Of a stretch of 45,626 bases of DNA, positions 26,227-35,911 are shown one piece after another. The notes below the pieces were generated by a model, which was given only the letters and a program-made list of their open reading frames with translations, made no database searches and was not told the DNA's origin. This DNA is from a virus (taxonomy: Duplodnaviria; Heunggongvirae; Uroviricota; Caudoviricetes). Numbering within the stretch: the stretch's first letter is position 1; every line of letters begins with the position of its first letter. A program made the translations under genes and the position numbers. The stretch is taken from IMG/VR virus record IMGVR_UViG_2579779076_000011; one strand, given 5' to 3'.

Positions 26227-28078
26227 GTGGGCTGATAAATATTTTTATCTCCCTGAGGGCTCCAGCCACATCGCTGGCCACTGGACGACTCAGCCGGTCC
26301 AGGTAGTGATGCTCAATATGATGACTAACGACGCGATAAAAATCGTGTCTGTTCGCAAATCAGCTCGTCTCGGTTATACAAAAATACTCGTCGCGGCGCT
26401 GCTCTATTTCGCTGAGCACAAAAAACGTAGTGCCGTGGTCTATCAGCCTATCGATGACGAATCGGATGGATTTGTTGCCGACGAGGTTGACCCCGCTATC
26501 GCCGAAATGCCGGTGATTCAGAAAATTTTCCCCGACTGGGATAAAAGCAACGAGCGTAACAATCTCCAGCGTAAAGAAATGAGCGGCGCGATTATTGATT
26601 TTCGCGGCGCGAGTGCACCAGGAAATTTCCGGCGACTAACGAAACAGGTTGTCGAGGGTGACGAAGTTGACGGCTGGCCGCTGGAAGTTGCCAAAAAAGG
26701 CAAAGGCGAGGGCTCGCCCATCGAACTGGCGCTCGTTCGAATTAAAGGGGCAGCGTACCCGAAGGCGATTTTCGGCTCGACGCCAACCGTCACCGGAAAA
26801 AGTCATATTGAAATGCTGGAGGATGCCGCTGACCTGACGTTTCGTTTTTACCTGAAATGTCCGCATTGTGGCGAGGAGCAGGTCCTGGTATTTGGTTTCG
26901 ACGGCATCGAATATGGCCTCAAATGGGATAATAGCCTGCAGACAAATGAGGCGAAATCGTCGTCCGCGTATTACCAGTGCTGCCACTGTCCTGAGCATTT
27001 TTACTATCGCGATCTCGAAAAAATGGAGCTCGCGGGGCGCTGGATAGCAGAGGACTGCACCTGGACGCGGGACGGTATTCGTTTTTTTGATCACGACGGT
27101 GGTGTCGTTCGCGCGCCGAAACACGCGGCGATCGTGATAAACGCCATGTATTCGCTGAATCTCGACGGCTGGGGCGAGATTGTCAGCGAGTGGCTGAAAG
27201 CGAAGGGCGATCCGCTCAAAGAAAAGACGTTTCATAACACGACGCTCGGCGAACTCTGGAGTGACGTAGCCAGCGAGCAGCTGGAGCACGATATTCTGGT
27301 TAATCGCCGGGAAAAATACGCCAGCCAGGTTCCTGACGGTGTTGTTTATCTGACCGGCGGCATCGACTCTCAGACGTCCGGTCGCTACGAGTGTTACGTG
27401 TGGGGCTGGGGAGTGGAGGAGGAGTGCTGGCTGATTGATAAAACAATCGTCCTCGGTCGCTACGACGAGGAGGACACGCTGCAGCGCGTCGACGGAGTGA
27501 TTCGCAAACAATACCGGCGCAGCGACGGGACCACAATCGGCGTCAGTCGCTGGGCGTGGGATACCGGTGGTATAGATGCGCAGGTCGTTTATAACCGCTC
27601 GCTGAAACTCGGTCCGCTGTGGGTCATTCCAATTAAAGGTGCGAGTTCATACGGTCAGCCAGTCGTAAATATGCCGCGTACACGTAACGCGAATAAAGTC
27701 TATTTGTCGTTAATCGGTACTGATACGGCAAAAGATTTGCTCGCAATGCGCCTGCCGCTGGAACCCGATTCTAAATCGGCGACACCAAGTGCGATTCATT
27801 TTCCCAACGACGACGAAATATTCGGCACGACAGAGGCAAAACAGCTCGTCTCTGAAGTTCTGATCCCGAAACTGATTAACGGTCGCGTCGTTTATCGCTG
27901 GGACAACCAGGGCCGGCGAAATGAGGCGCTCGACTGCTGGGTATACGCGCTGGCAGCGCTACGTATCAGTAAAATTCGTTTCCAGCTCAATCTCGAGACG
28001 CTCGCTGAGCAACGGAAAAAATCACAAAACAAACTGTCTCTCGAGGAGATGGCCAGAATGCTCGGAGGGAGCTCATGA
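26153..28078 (+). CDS. terminase large subunit (lambda gpA family)
   Basis: Collinear similarity to lambda gpA from memory: VEWADKYFYLP, PHCGEEQ, NTTLGE, YLTGGIDSQ, WVIPIKGAS, GTDTAKD, RRNEALDCWVYALAALRIS. Start taken at ATG 26153 (ORF track from 26114). Confidence 0.9.
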   Translation: MSAISNAISTGLNPLRVTIPMTGVEWADKYFYLPEGSSHIAGHWTTQPVQVVMLNMMTNDAIKIVSVRKSARLGYTKILVAALLYFAEHKKRSAVVYQPIDDESDGFVADEVDPAIAEMPVIQKIFPDWDKSNERNNLQRKEMSGAIIDFRGASAPGNFRRLTKQVVEGDEVDGWPLEVAKKGKGEGSPIELALVRIKGAAYPKAIFGSTPTVTGKSHIEMLEDAADLTFRFYLKCPHCGEEQVLVFGFDGIEYGLKWDNSLQTNEAKSSSAYYQCCHCPEHFYYRDLEKMELAGRWIAEDCTWTRDGIRFFDHDGGVVRAPKHAAIVINAMYSLNLDGWGEIVSEWLKAKGDPLKEKTFHNTTLGELWSDVASEQLEHDILVNRREKYASQVPDGVVYLTGGIDSQTSGRYECYVWGWGVEEECWLIDKTIVLGRYDEEDTLQRVDGVIRKQYRRSDGTTIGVSRWAWDTGGIDAQVVYNRSLKLGPLWVIPIKGASSYGQPVVNMPRTRNANKVYLSLIGTDTAKDLLAMRLPLEPDSKSATPSAIHFPNDDEIFGTTEAKQLVSEVLIPKLINGRVVYRWDNQGRRNEALDCWVYALAALRISKIRFQLNLETLAEQRKKSQNKLSLEEMARMLGGSS

Positions 28079-28308
28079 TGTCGCGCGAGGTTTTAACAGA
28101 ACGGCTGCTGGAAGCTGAAATTGCCCTGCACAAATTATTAACGGGTAGATCGACTGTATCGCTGTCTCACGGCGATTCAGCGGGAAATAACCGGAGCTAT
28201 CAATACTCACAGGCGAGTATTGAACAGCTCCGAACGTACATTATCGAGCTGAAATCACAGCTCGGTCTGAGTACGGGACGCCGCCGTCCCGTGGGAGTTC
28301 GATTATGA
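28075..28308 (+). CDS. head-tail joining protein (lambda gpW-like)
   Basis: 77 aa; pattern LEAEIALHKLLTG..QLRTYIIELKSQLG..RRRP parallels lambda W; sits between terminase and portal. Confidence 0.8.
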   Translation: MMSREVLTERLLEAEIALHKLLTGRSTVSLSHGDSAGNNRSYQYSQASIEQLRTYIIELKSQLGLSTGRRRPVGVRL

Positions 28309-29876
28309 CTGCTCAGCAGTTGCTCGGGCCTGACGGTAAAACGCCACTACGCCGTTACGCGGGGTATAACGGCGGCGGTCCCGGCTTCGGTGGCCAGCTG
28401 ATTGACTGGAATGCACCACAGCAAAGCGCCGATGCGGCACTGCTGCCTAATTTTTATCGCGGTAACGCGCGAGCAGACGATCTCGTTCGTAATAACGGCG
28501 TCGCGTCGAACGCCGTGCAGCTGCATCAGGATCATATCGTCGGCAATCTGTTTAAGTTGAGTTATCGCCCTAACTGGCGTTACATCGGGATATCTCGCGA
28601 GGACGCCAGGGCGCTGGCGCGTGACGTTGAGGTCGCGTGGACTGAATACGCCGAGGACCCTCACTGCACGATTGATATCGAGCGGAAACGGACGTTCACA
28701 ATGATGATTCGCGAAGGCGTGGCCACTCACGCGTTCAACGGTGAAACCTGCGTACAACCGGTGTGGGAGAGCTGCGCCGGCAGCGTTTTTCGGACGCGAT
28801 TCAAAATGGTCTCACCGAAACGAATTCGAAATCCTGGCTACGCAGCTGACACTCAATTTCGCCGCGCCGGTGTTGATATCGATAAAAACGGGGCCGCGGT
28901 TGGGTACTGGATAGCCGAGGATACCTATCCCCTCGGCGGAGTTGGTAAATGCCGGCGCATACCAGCAAAACTCAGCAGCGGCAGACACGCATTCATTCAC
29001 ATATTCGAGCCGCTCGAGGACGGACAAACCCGCGGAGATAACATTTTTTACAGCGTAATGGAGCGGCTGAAAATGCTCGATACGCTGCAGCAAACACAGC
29101 TGCAGAGCGCCATCGTGAAGGCGATGTACGCCGCCACAATCGAATCAGAGCTCGACAGCCAGCAGGCGTTTGAATATATCGCCGGCGCGGGTACTGATAT
29201 CGACTCGAACCCGCTGAGTTCGTTTATTCAGAGTTACGTGACGTACTACAACGGCGCAAATATCAAGCTCGGTGGTGTGAAAGTTCCCCACCTGCATCCC
29301 GGCGACAAACTCAGTTTACAGACCGCTCAGAATGCTGATGCTGGTTTCAGTTCGCTGGAAAAATCACTCCTGCGTTACGTTGCCGCTGGCGTCGGCGCGT
29401 CATATGAGGAACTGAGTCGGGACTACAGCCAGGTCAGTTACTCCAGCGCGCGGGCCAGCGCAAACGTGAGCTGGCGTTTTTTCATGGGCCGTCGACGTTT
29501 TATCGCCGCACGACAGGCGTCACTGATGTTCTGCTGCTGGTTTGAGGAAGCTCTGGCGCGCGGAGTTATCACCCTGCCACGCTCAGCGGTCCGGTCGTTT
29601 TATGAAGCGCGGAACTCCTGGACGAACGCGCTCTGGATCGGCGCTGGTCGCATGGCGATTGATGGGCTGAAAGAGGTTCAGGAGAGCGCCATGCGCATCA
29701 CGACTGGCCTCAGCACGTATCAGAACGAACTCGCGCTGCAGGGGCAGGACTACGAGGAGGTCATGGAACAACAGGAATACGAAATTCAGCGCCGGCGCGA
29801 AATGGGGCTGAGCGAACCATCCTGGTCAGTATCTCACCCCTCAAATACCAACGATAACGGCTGGGGAGGTAACTGA
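28305..29876 (+). CDS. portal protein (lambda gpB-like)
   Basis: 523 aa gene following gpW-like with 4 nt overlap; lambda B-type organisation. Confidence 0.85.
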   Translation: MTAQQLLGPDGKTPLRRYAGYNGGGPGFGGQLIDWNAPQQSADAALLPNFYRGNARADDLVRNNGVASNAVQLHQDHIVGNLFKLSYRPNWRYIGISREDARALARDVEVAWTEYAEDPHCTIDIERKRTFTMMIREGVATHAFNGETCVQPVWESCAGSVFRTRFKMVSPKRIRNPGYAADTQFRRAGVDIDKNGAAVGYWIAEDTYPLGGVGKCRRIPAKLSSGRHAFIHIFEPLEDGQTRGDNIFYSVMERLKMLDTLQQTQLQSAIVKAMYAATIESELDSQQAFEYIAGAGTDIDSNPLSSFIQSYVTYYNGANIKLGGVKVPHLHPGDKLSLQTAQNADAGFSSLEKSLLRYVAAGVGASYEELSRDYSQVSYSSARASANVSWRFFMGRRRFIAARQASLMFCCWFEEALARGVITLPRSAVRSFYEARNSWTNALWIGAGRMAIDGLKEVQESAMRITTGLSTYQNELALQGQDYEEVMEQQEYEIQRRREMGLSEPSWSVSHPSNTNDNGWGGN

Positions 29877-31186
29877 TGCCGTGGAACAATTTTCCGCACC
29901 TCGCCGCTAGGGCGTTCAATCAACCGCTTTTGCTGGAGCCCGCCTACGCGCGGGTATTTTTTTCTGCGCTGAGCGACCGGTTCGGTACCGGGCGACTGAT
30001 TGATACAGCGTCAGGAGAGGTAATGAACAGCGACGAAATGAACGCGCTCGCGATGGGGTGGGACAGCAGCGAGCGAACACGCCAGAAATCGTATCGCGTG
30101 GAGCGTGGTATAGCCGTTCTGCCGGTTACCGGGACGCTGGTTCATAAATTGGGTTATATCAATCCGGTCAGCGGGATGAGTGGTTACGACGGAATCGCAA
30201 AACGCCTGCAGCAGGCGATTTCTGATCCCGATGTTAAGGGGATCCTGCTGGATATTGATTCCCCTGGCGGTGAGGTCGCCGGCGCGTTTGATACCGCTGA
30301 TTTAATCGCCCGGGCGCGAGAGCAAAAACCGGTGTGGGCGCTGGCCAGCGATACGGCCTGCAGCGCCGCATATTTGCTGGCGTCAGCGTGTTCGCGCCGG
30401 CTGATAACGCAGACCGGCACGGTTGGTTCAATCGGTGTCCTGATGGCTCACCGCTGCGTCGAAAAGGCGCTGGAGATTGCCGGCGTTGACGTGACGCTGA
30501 TTTACGCCGGCGCGCACAAAGTCGACGGGAACCCGTATTCCCAGCTGCCCGACGACGTTCGCGACGAATTCCAGCTGAGTATTAACAGCACACGCGAGCA
30601 GTTCGCGCAAAAAGTCTCGGATTATACCGGGCTGAAAAAATCCAGGGTGCTGGCCACAGAGGCCGCAGTATTTATCGGCGCGGACGCGATTAAATCTGGT
30701 CTCGCTGATCAACTCGTTAATTACGCGGACGCTATCGCAGTGATGGCCGACGCACTGAAACCAAAAACGGAGCGATTTATGCCAGGTACAACAGAAACCA
30801 CGGCGGAGACCACGACCACAGAACAAACCGCGGCTACGACTACGGTCGCGCCGGTTGAGTCCAACGCGGAGCAGATTCGCGCGGACGCCGCATCGAGCGA
30901 ACTGGCACGCGTGATGGCCATCATCAACTGTCCCGAAGCTGTTGGGCGCGAGGCGCAGGCAAAAGCGCTCGCTGCCGTCCCCGGGATGACGGTCGGGCAG
31001 GCGCAGGCTGTCCTCGCGGCAGCACCGCAAACAGCGCAGGCGCGGACAGAAACGGCGCTCGATACACTCATGAGCACTGAATCACCGGAAACTATTCAGG
31101 ATGCCGGCAGCACCACGGCAACAGGAACAACCGCAAACGTCTCGATGCTGGTCGCGGCAGGGCGTTCAATTTTAGGGGATGAATAA
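29876..31186 (+). CDS. head maturation protease / scaffold (lambda gpC-like, S49 peptidase family)
   Basis: S49/ClpP-like motif GILLDIDSPGGEVAGAFD; 436 aa, close to the lambda C size; Ala/Thr-rich C-terminal scaffold-like region. Confidence 0.85.
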   Translation: MPWNNFPHLAARAFNQPLLLEPAYARVFFSALSDRFGTGRLIDTASGEVMNSDEMNALAMGWDSSERTRQKSYRVERGIAVLPVTGTLVHKLGYINPVSGMSGYDGIAKRLQQAISDPDVKGILLDIDSPGGEVAGAFDTADLIARAREQKPVWALASDTACSAAYLLASACSRRLITQTGTVGSIGVLMAHRCVEKALEIAGVDVTLIYAGAHKVDGNPYSQLPDDVRDEFQLSINSTREQFAQKVSDYTGLKKSRVLATEAAVFIGADAIKSGLADQLVNYADAIAVMADALKPKTERFMPGTTETTAETTTTEQTAATTTVAPVESNAEQIRADAASSELARVMAIINCPEAVGREAQAKALAAVPGMTVGQAQAVLAAAPQTAQARTETALDTLMSTESPETIQDAGSTTATGTTANVSMLVAAGRSILGDE

Positions 31187-31515
31187 TGACCACAGAAACG
31201 TATAGCCCGGATGATTTTATTCTGGGACCCGATCTTGTTGTGACGACCGTCGGTCATTTTCAGGGCGGGATCAACGTACCCCGGCTGACACCGATTATGC
31301 TCGACGCTACTGCCGGGACATTTAAAGTCTGGGACGGCTCAATTGGTAAGGCGGTTGGTCTCACAGCCACAGCAGTTAATACAGGCTCCAGTTCTGCAGA
31401 CTGCTCGTACTACAAATCAGGATCGTTTCGTTATACGGCGATTAACTGGGGTACGGTTACTGACGTCGCTAAACGCAAATCAGCGTTTGCTGGTACGCCA
31501 GTCAGCGTTGGCTGA
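31186..31515 (+). CDS. head decoration protein (lambda gpD-like)
   Basis: 109 aa; TPIMLDAT..WDG, YKSGSFRY, KRKSAFAGT parallel lambda D. Confidence 0.85.
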   Translation: MTTETYSPDDFILGPDLVVTTVGHFQGGINVPRLTPIMLDATAGTFKVWDGSIGKAVGLTATAVNTGSSSADCSYYKSGSFRYTAINWGTVTDVAKRKSAFAGTPVSVG

Positions 31516-31539
31516 TAGCAAAAAAAAAACTCAAAACAA

Positions 31540-31561
31540 GCCGCCTCCGGGCGGTTTTTTT
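31540..31561 (+). terminator. intrinsic terminator-like hairpin between D-like and E-like genes
   Basis: GCCGCC-TCCG-GGCGG followed by TTTTTTT. Confidence 0.5.
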
Positions 31562-31576
31562 ATACAGGATATATAA

Positions 31577-32611
31577 ATGAGCGATTCGTTTACTACGTCA
31601 GAACTGATTACCGCAACGCAGCAGGTATTTAAGTTCAATCCGTTGTTTTTAAGATTGTTTTTCCGTGAGACCTACACGTTTACGAGCGAAGAGGTTTTTC
31701 TGGATAAAATCCCGGGCAAAGTCAATATGGCGGTATATTGCGCCCCGATGATCACCGGCAAAGTTGACCGCACTCGCGGCTATTCAACGAACCACTTTAA
31801 ACCGGGTTACACGAAACCGAAACACACGATCAATCCGAATATGAGCATCAAGCGCGCCGCCGGTGAGCAAATTGGCCAGCCAGAAACGCCGGTCGAACGT
31901 CGTGCAAAAATCATCATGCAGAATTTGCTCGACGAGGAGCTCAGCATCAGCCAGCTCGAAGAGTTCCAGGCAGTGCAGGCGGTTCTGTACGGTAAATACA
32001 CCGTTTCCGGCAGCAATATCGAGACCTATGAGATCGACATGAGCCGCAGCGCGACGAATAACGTCACTCAGTCCGGTTCGACCGCCTGGTCGACTCAGGA
32101 CGCGGAAACGTATGACCCGAGCGACGATATTGAATCCTATGCAGACCTCGCCTCCGGTGCGGTTAACGTGATCATCATGGACGGTAAAGCCTGGAAGCAG
32201 CTTAAACGCTTTAAAAAATTCTGGACGGCACTGGATACGCGCCGCGGCTCAAACAGTCAGCTCGAAGTCGCGCTGAAAAACCTGGGCGATGTCGTTAGCT
32301 TTAAGGGCTATTACGGCGACACGGCGCTGTTCGTTTACAAGGGTCAATATATTGACCCGCTAATAGGCACTGAAACGCGTTATATGCCGGATAACACGAT
32401 GATCCTGGGCAACACAAAAAATCGCGGGCTCCGCACCTATGGCGCGATCCAGGACGAGGACGCGCTGAAAGAGGGTATCTGCGAAGCCACGCGCTATCCA
32501 AAAGTCTGGACCACTACCGGTGATCCGGCAGTGACGCAAACAATGACGCAATCCGCGCCAGCAATGGTCCTCACGGACGCCGACGCGTTCGTTGTCGTAA
32601 AAATCGCGTAA
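31577..32611 (+). CDS. major capsid protein (lambda gpE-like)
   Basis: 344 aa; FKFNPLFLRLFFRE, PGYTKPKH, RGLRTYG, TTGDPA parallel lambda E. Confidence 0.9.
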   Translation: MSDSFTTSELITATQQVFKFNPLFLRLFFRETYTFTSEEVFLDKIPGKVNMAVYCAPMITGKVDRTRGYSTNHFKPGYTKPKHTINPNMSIKRAAGEQIGQPETPVERRAKIIMQNLLDEELSISQLEEFQAVQAVLYGKYTVSGSNIETYEIDMSRSATNNVTQSGSTAWSTQDAETYDPSDDIESYADLASGAVNVIIMDGKAWKQLKRFKKFWTALDTRRGSNSQLEVALKNLGDVVSFKGYYGDTALFVYKGQYIDPLIGTETRYMPDNTMILGNTKNRGLRTYGAIQDEDALKEGICEATRYPKVWTTTGDPAVTQTMTQSAPAMVLTDADAFVVVKIA

Positions 32612-32632
32612 GAGCCGAAAGGCTCTTTTTTG
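32611..32632 (+). terminator. intrinsic terminator after major capsid gene
   Basis: AGAGCC-GAAA-GGCTCT followed by TTTTTT, starting at the capsid stop codon. Confidence 0.5.
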
Positions 32633-32645
32633 TTAAGGAATCAAC

Positions 32646-33059
32646 ATGAGCACAAAAACAGAATTGCTGGCGCGCATTGACGATCTGAGCGCTCAGCTTG
32701 GTCGCGAATTACCGCGCAGCGGGACTATTGCGGAACTGGAATCAATCGTCGCCGGCGCTGAGTCAGAGCTCGATATTCTGAACGAACAATCCAGCGACGC
32801 GAGTGATGCCGACACCAATGAGAGCGCATTAGATGAAACTGATGATGACGGTGTCGAACAACAGTCAATCGCCAGTACTACGCCACAATCAGAACTGTCT
32901 CCCGCTACGCGCCGCGTCAAGTTGCGTAACACGCTGGACATTTATCACTACGTGAACGCGCGTCGCGTTCGCGAGATTGTTGCCGCTGGTCGTGAAATCG
33001 TTGTCGATTCACCGGAGGTCGCAGACCTTATTGCAGCCGATCACGTTTACGCTCTATGA
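32646..33059 (+). CDS. DNA packaging / head completion protein (lambda FI-like, tentative)
   Basis: 137 aa acidic protein at the lambda FI position; N-terminus MSTKTELLARIDDLSAQLGREL parallels lambda FI. Confidence 0.5.
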   Translation: MSTKTELLARIDDLSAQLGRELPRSGTIAELESIVAGAESELDILNEQSSDASDADTNESALDETDDDGVEQQSIASTTPQSELSPATRRVKLRNTLDIYHYVNARRVREIVAAGREIVVDSPEVADLIAADHVYAL

Positions 33060-33436
33060 GCTACTACGACGACCTCCGGGCCGGCGACGAGGAGACGATT
33101 CGTGAGTGGGGACGGCCAGTCAAATTACGCGGTAAAGCTGACCCCATTATCGCTATTTTCAACGAGCCTTACGCGCGCGTTGACGTTCCTCACGCTGGTT
33201 TTATTACCGGCACAGTAACGAGCCTGACGGCGCTCTCTGACGACGTTGCTGGCGTTGTTGCGCGTGACGTCGTCCAGGTCCCAAAGCAGCGCAGTATCGC
33301 TGCTGACGGCTCTGTTACCTGGTCTGGCTGGACCGATTACGTGGTTAAAGAGCCTCAACCGGATGGCATCGGTCTCACGAATATTTTTTTAGAGCCTCAC
33401 ACGTCCAGCGAAAACAGCGAGTATTCAAAATACTAA
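33056..33436 (+). CDS. head-tail connector protein (FII-position, tentative)
   Basis: 126 aa at the FII position; ATGA overlap with upstream gene; sequence not obviously lambda FII. Confidence 0.4.
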   Translation: MSYYDDLRAGDEETIREWGRPVKLRGKADPIIAIFNEPYARVDVPHAGFITGTVTSLTALSDDVAGVVARDVVQVPKQRSIAADGSVTWSGWTDYVVKEPQPDGIGLTNIFLEPHTSSENSEYSKY

Positions 33437-33457
33437 GTGGGACCGCGGTCCCACTTA
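33434..33457. repeat. perfect 24-bp palindrome at the head/tail module junction
   Basis: TAAGTGGGACCGCGGTCCCACTTA begins at the stop codon of the FII-position gene and is followed by a G-rich SD and a GTG start. Confidence 0.5.
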
Positions 33458-33467
33458 AGGGGGGACC

Positions 33468-34148
33468 GTGGCCGATTTACGTAGTAACGCGCAGATGTTC
33501 GATATCGATGTTTCGGCGCTGGAGCAACTTAGAGTCGAAATTAGCGCGACGCAACATCAGATGCTGATGGCATACAACAGGGCGCTGAACCGAACTGCAA
33601 AGCATATGCACCGGGTCTCGGTGGGAATGATCATTGAATCGCTGGCGGTTAAAGGGCGTAAGGCCGCAGAAAAACGCGTAAAACCGTTCGTCAAAATCCG
33701 GAACATATCAAAAGAAACTGCAGGAGACCTGAGCAGCGCCAAGCTCTGGTACGGTCTGAATGATTTCCGGGTATCTGAGCTAAAGGGGCGATTACAAAAT
33801 CCACGGAGGCAAAAACAGCCTCGCGATCCTGAGACCGGTCAATTTTTGAAAACAAAAAAAGGCGCTCGAGGGGCAACTTTTACACCCAAAAGTGCAGGGC
33901 TGGCGATGCTGAGCTGGCCCGATTCATTCGTAGCGAAACGCTACGGTGCGAAAAGTGTCTGGATTCGACTGGCTCGCGGAGGAATCGAAGAGGCTCGCGT
34001 ACCGGTGCACGAAGCGCTGGAGGATGCTATCGATGATTATATTTTTGAAAATATTGGCACCGTGTTCATGGGTTTTTTTGAACAGGATTTGCGTGGTCGC
34101 GTGAAAGGTAATGTCCACGTAGACCCTAAAACAGGTAAACGATTATGA
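33468..34148 (+). CDS. hypothetical structural protein (possible neck/tail completion)
   Basis: 226 aa, GTG start after GGGGGGA; position between head and baseplate genes. Confidence 0.35.
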   Translation: MADLRSNAQMFDIDVSALEQLRVEISATQHQMLMAYNRALNRTAKHMHRVSVGMIIESLAVKGRKAAEKRVKPFVKIRNISKETAGDLSSAKLWYGLNDFRVSELKGRLQNPRRQKQPRDPETGQFLKTKKGARGATFTPKSAGLAMLSWPDSFVAKRYGAKSVWIRLARGGIEEARVPVHEALEDAIDDYIFENIGTVFMGFFEQDLRGRVKGNVHVDPKTGKRL

Positions 34149-34681
34149 GCGGACTTGATGCATTTGACGAATACCTCGATCGCGTTAAAGGCGCGGTTTT
34201 ACAAATACCGTTCATCAAAACATTCGGTATTTATCCAGAAATTCCGGCAGGATTTGAAACGCCAGCTCTGTTCCTGGAAATCAGAAACTGGTCACAAAGT
34301 GACGAAGCGGTTCCAGGCTCAATTCAGTCAGTCGAGCTGTCGTGTAATTTGTATTTGCTGCGTGAGTTTGCTGCAGATCAGTACGGACTGAAATCGCAGA
34401 ATGCAGCGCTCTATATGACGAGCTGGATTAATGGGAGGATGTTCGGTCCCGGAACTAAACCGGCAAAATTCAGCGACGCGGAACCGTGCGACTGGATTAA
34501 AAACGGGCAGTCAGTCGGTTCGCATTCAGTTCAGTGCGTGTCGTTCACGCAGGTTGTAGGCGTTGGTCAAGATATTTTCGATTATCCCTCACAGGGGACC
34601 CTGAAAAATATATACGTCGGAATAGCGCCAGATATCGGCGCAGAACACGAGAGCGACTACTATGGCCCAATCGGACGATGA
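34145..34681 (+). CDS. hypothetical structural protein (possible tail completion)
   Basis: 178 aa; ATGA overlap with the upstream gene; immediately precedes the baseplate spike gene. Confidence 0.35.
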   Translation: MSGLDAFDEYLDRVKGAVLQIPFIKTFGIYPEIPAGFETPALFLEIRNWSQSDEAVPGSIQSVELSCNLYLLREFAADQYGLKSQNAALYMTSWINGRMFGPGTKPAKFSDAEPCDWIKNGQSVGSHSVQCVSFTQVVGVGQDIFDYPSQGTLKNIYVGIAPDIGAEHESDYYGPIGR

Positions 34682-35567
34682 TGAATACGCCGCAGCGGAG
34701 AACGCGCGCAGGCTGCGTGACGCGGTTAAACGCGGCACGATAGCTGCAGTTCAAATGAAACCCCCTCGCTGTCGGGTCTCATTTGGCGGCGAACACCAGT
34801 CGGGTTGGCTGCAATGGTTTACTCACGCAACGTCCGAGCGAATCGACTGGAGCGCACCATCAGTAGGTGACCCCGTTACTGTTGTTTCAGAGGGTGGGGA
34901 CACGCGGAACGGCGTAGTTATGCTCGGGCTGCACATTGACAACGTAGATCCGCCCAGTAGCGACCCCCATGATCACGTCACTGCGTATTGTGACGGGGCC
35001 AGGCTGACGTATAACACGAAAAACCACACGCTGACCTGGCAGGGCGTACCGGACGGCGTAGTAAAAATACTCGGTGAGTCTGAAATAGAAATATTCGGAC
35101 GTGCAGACGTTACTATTAATAGCGAAAACGTTGTCAATATTCACGGTGGAAAATTAATTAACGCGGACGCTGATATTATTAATGTCACAGCGACAGATAC
35201 AATTAACGCACATGCTGATTTAGTGAACGTTATAGCAACGAGTTCTGTTAGTGTTACTGCTGCGAACAGAATATCGCTGACAGCTCAAACAATCAGTGCG
35301 TGGGCTCCGGGTGGGATAACACTAGCTGGTCCAACTCATATTACCGAGACATTAGTAGTAGATAAATTAGCGACATTCCGTAACGATATTTCTGTCACTG
35401 GAGATAACGGTGGAACCGGTAATATCACAACTCGCGGTAGTGTGTTAGCAGGGCAAGATGTGCAGGACCGACAAGGCACGATGAACGAGATGCGCATTAC
35501 ATATAACGGGCATGTGCACACCTGTCCTGACGGCGAAACAGATAAACCAAATCAACAAATGGCGTAA
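34662..35567 (+). CDS. baseplate central spike protein (P2 gpV-like)
   Basis: 301 aa; N-terminal OB-like region then repetitive beta-helix-like segment (VNIHGG.., INAHADLVNV.., ITLAGPTHI..) typical of gpV/gp5-type spikes. Confidence 0.8.
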   Translation: MAQSDDDEYAAAENARRLRDAVKRGTIAAVQMKPPRCRVSFGGEHQSGWLQWFTHATSERIDWSAPSVGDPVTVVSEGGDTRNGVVMLGLHIDNVDPPSSDPHDHVTAYCDGARLTYNTKNHTLTWQGVPDGVVKILGESEIEIFGRADVTINSENVVNIHGGKLINADADIINVTATDTINAHADLVNVIATSSVSVTAANRISLTAQTISAWAPGGITLAGPTHITETLVVDKLATFRNDISVTGDNGGTGNITTRGSVLAGQDVQDRQGTMNEMRITYNGHVHTCPDGETDKPNQQMA

Positions 35568-35569
35568 AT

Positions 35570-35911
35570 ATGTTTGGAATGAACCGTGACACCGGTAAGC
35601 CTTTATCGGGGACTGATCACATTTGTCAGTCTATCGTTGATATTTTAACGACCCCGCTGGGAACCCGTGTAATGCTGCCGGAATATGGAAGCAAATTATT
35701 TGACCTTGTTGATAATCCCACAGATCCATCACTTGCTATGCGGATAATTATGGAAAGCGCTGGCGCAATAGCACGCTGGGAACCACGCGTCAGAATTGAC
35801 AGAATAAATGTGTTAGCAGTGGATATCGGGAAAATAACAATATTAATTATCGCAACAGATATCGAAACACAACAGCGATTAGAGTTTAATAATATGGAGC
35901 TGATATTTTGA
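35570..35911 (+). CDS. baseplate wedge protein (GPW/gp25 family)
   Basis: 113 aa; LSGTDHICQSIVDILTTPLGTRVMLPEYGS matches the gp25/GPW signature. Confidence 0.85.
   Translation: MFGMNRDTGKPLSGTDHICQSIVDILTTPLGTRVMLPEYGSKLFDLVDNPTDPSLAMRIIMESAGAIARWEPRVRIDRINVLAVDIGKITILIIATDIETQQRLEFNNMELIF

Noticed and set aside
26636-27511. 291 aa minus-strand ORF inside the terminase large subunit gene
   Set aside because: Antisense to a gene with strong collinear similarity to lambda gpA; Arg/Leu-rich translation typical of GC-rich antisense frames.
30428-31077. Minus-strand ORFs (118-200 aa) inside the gpC-like protease/scaffold gene
   Set aside because: Cys/Arg-rich antisense translations within a confidently assigned structural gene.
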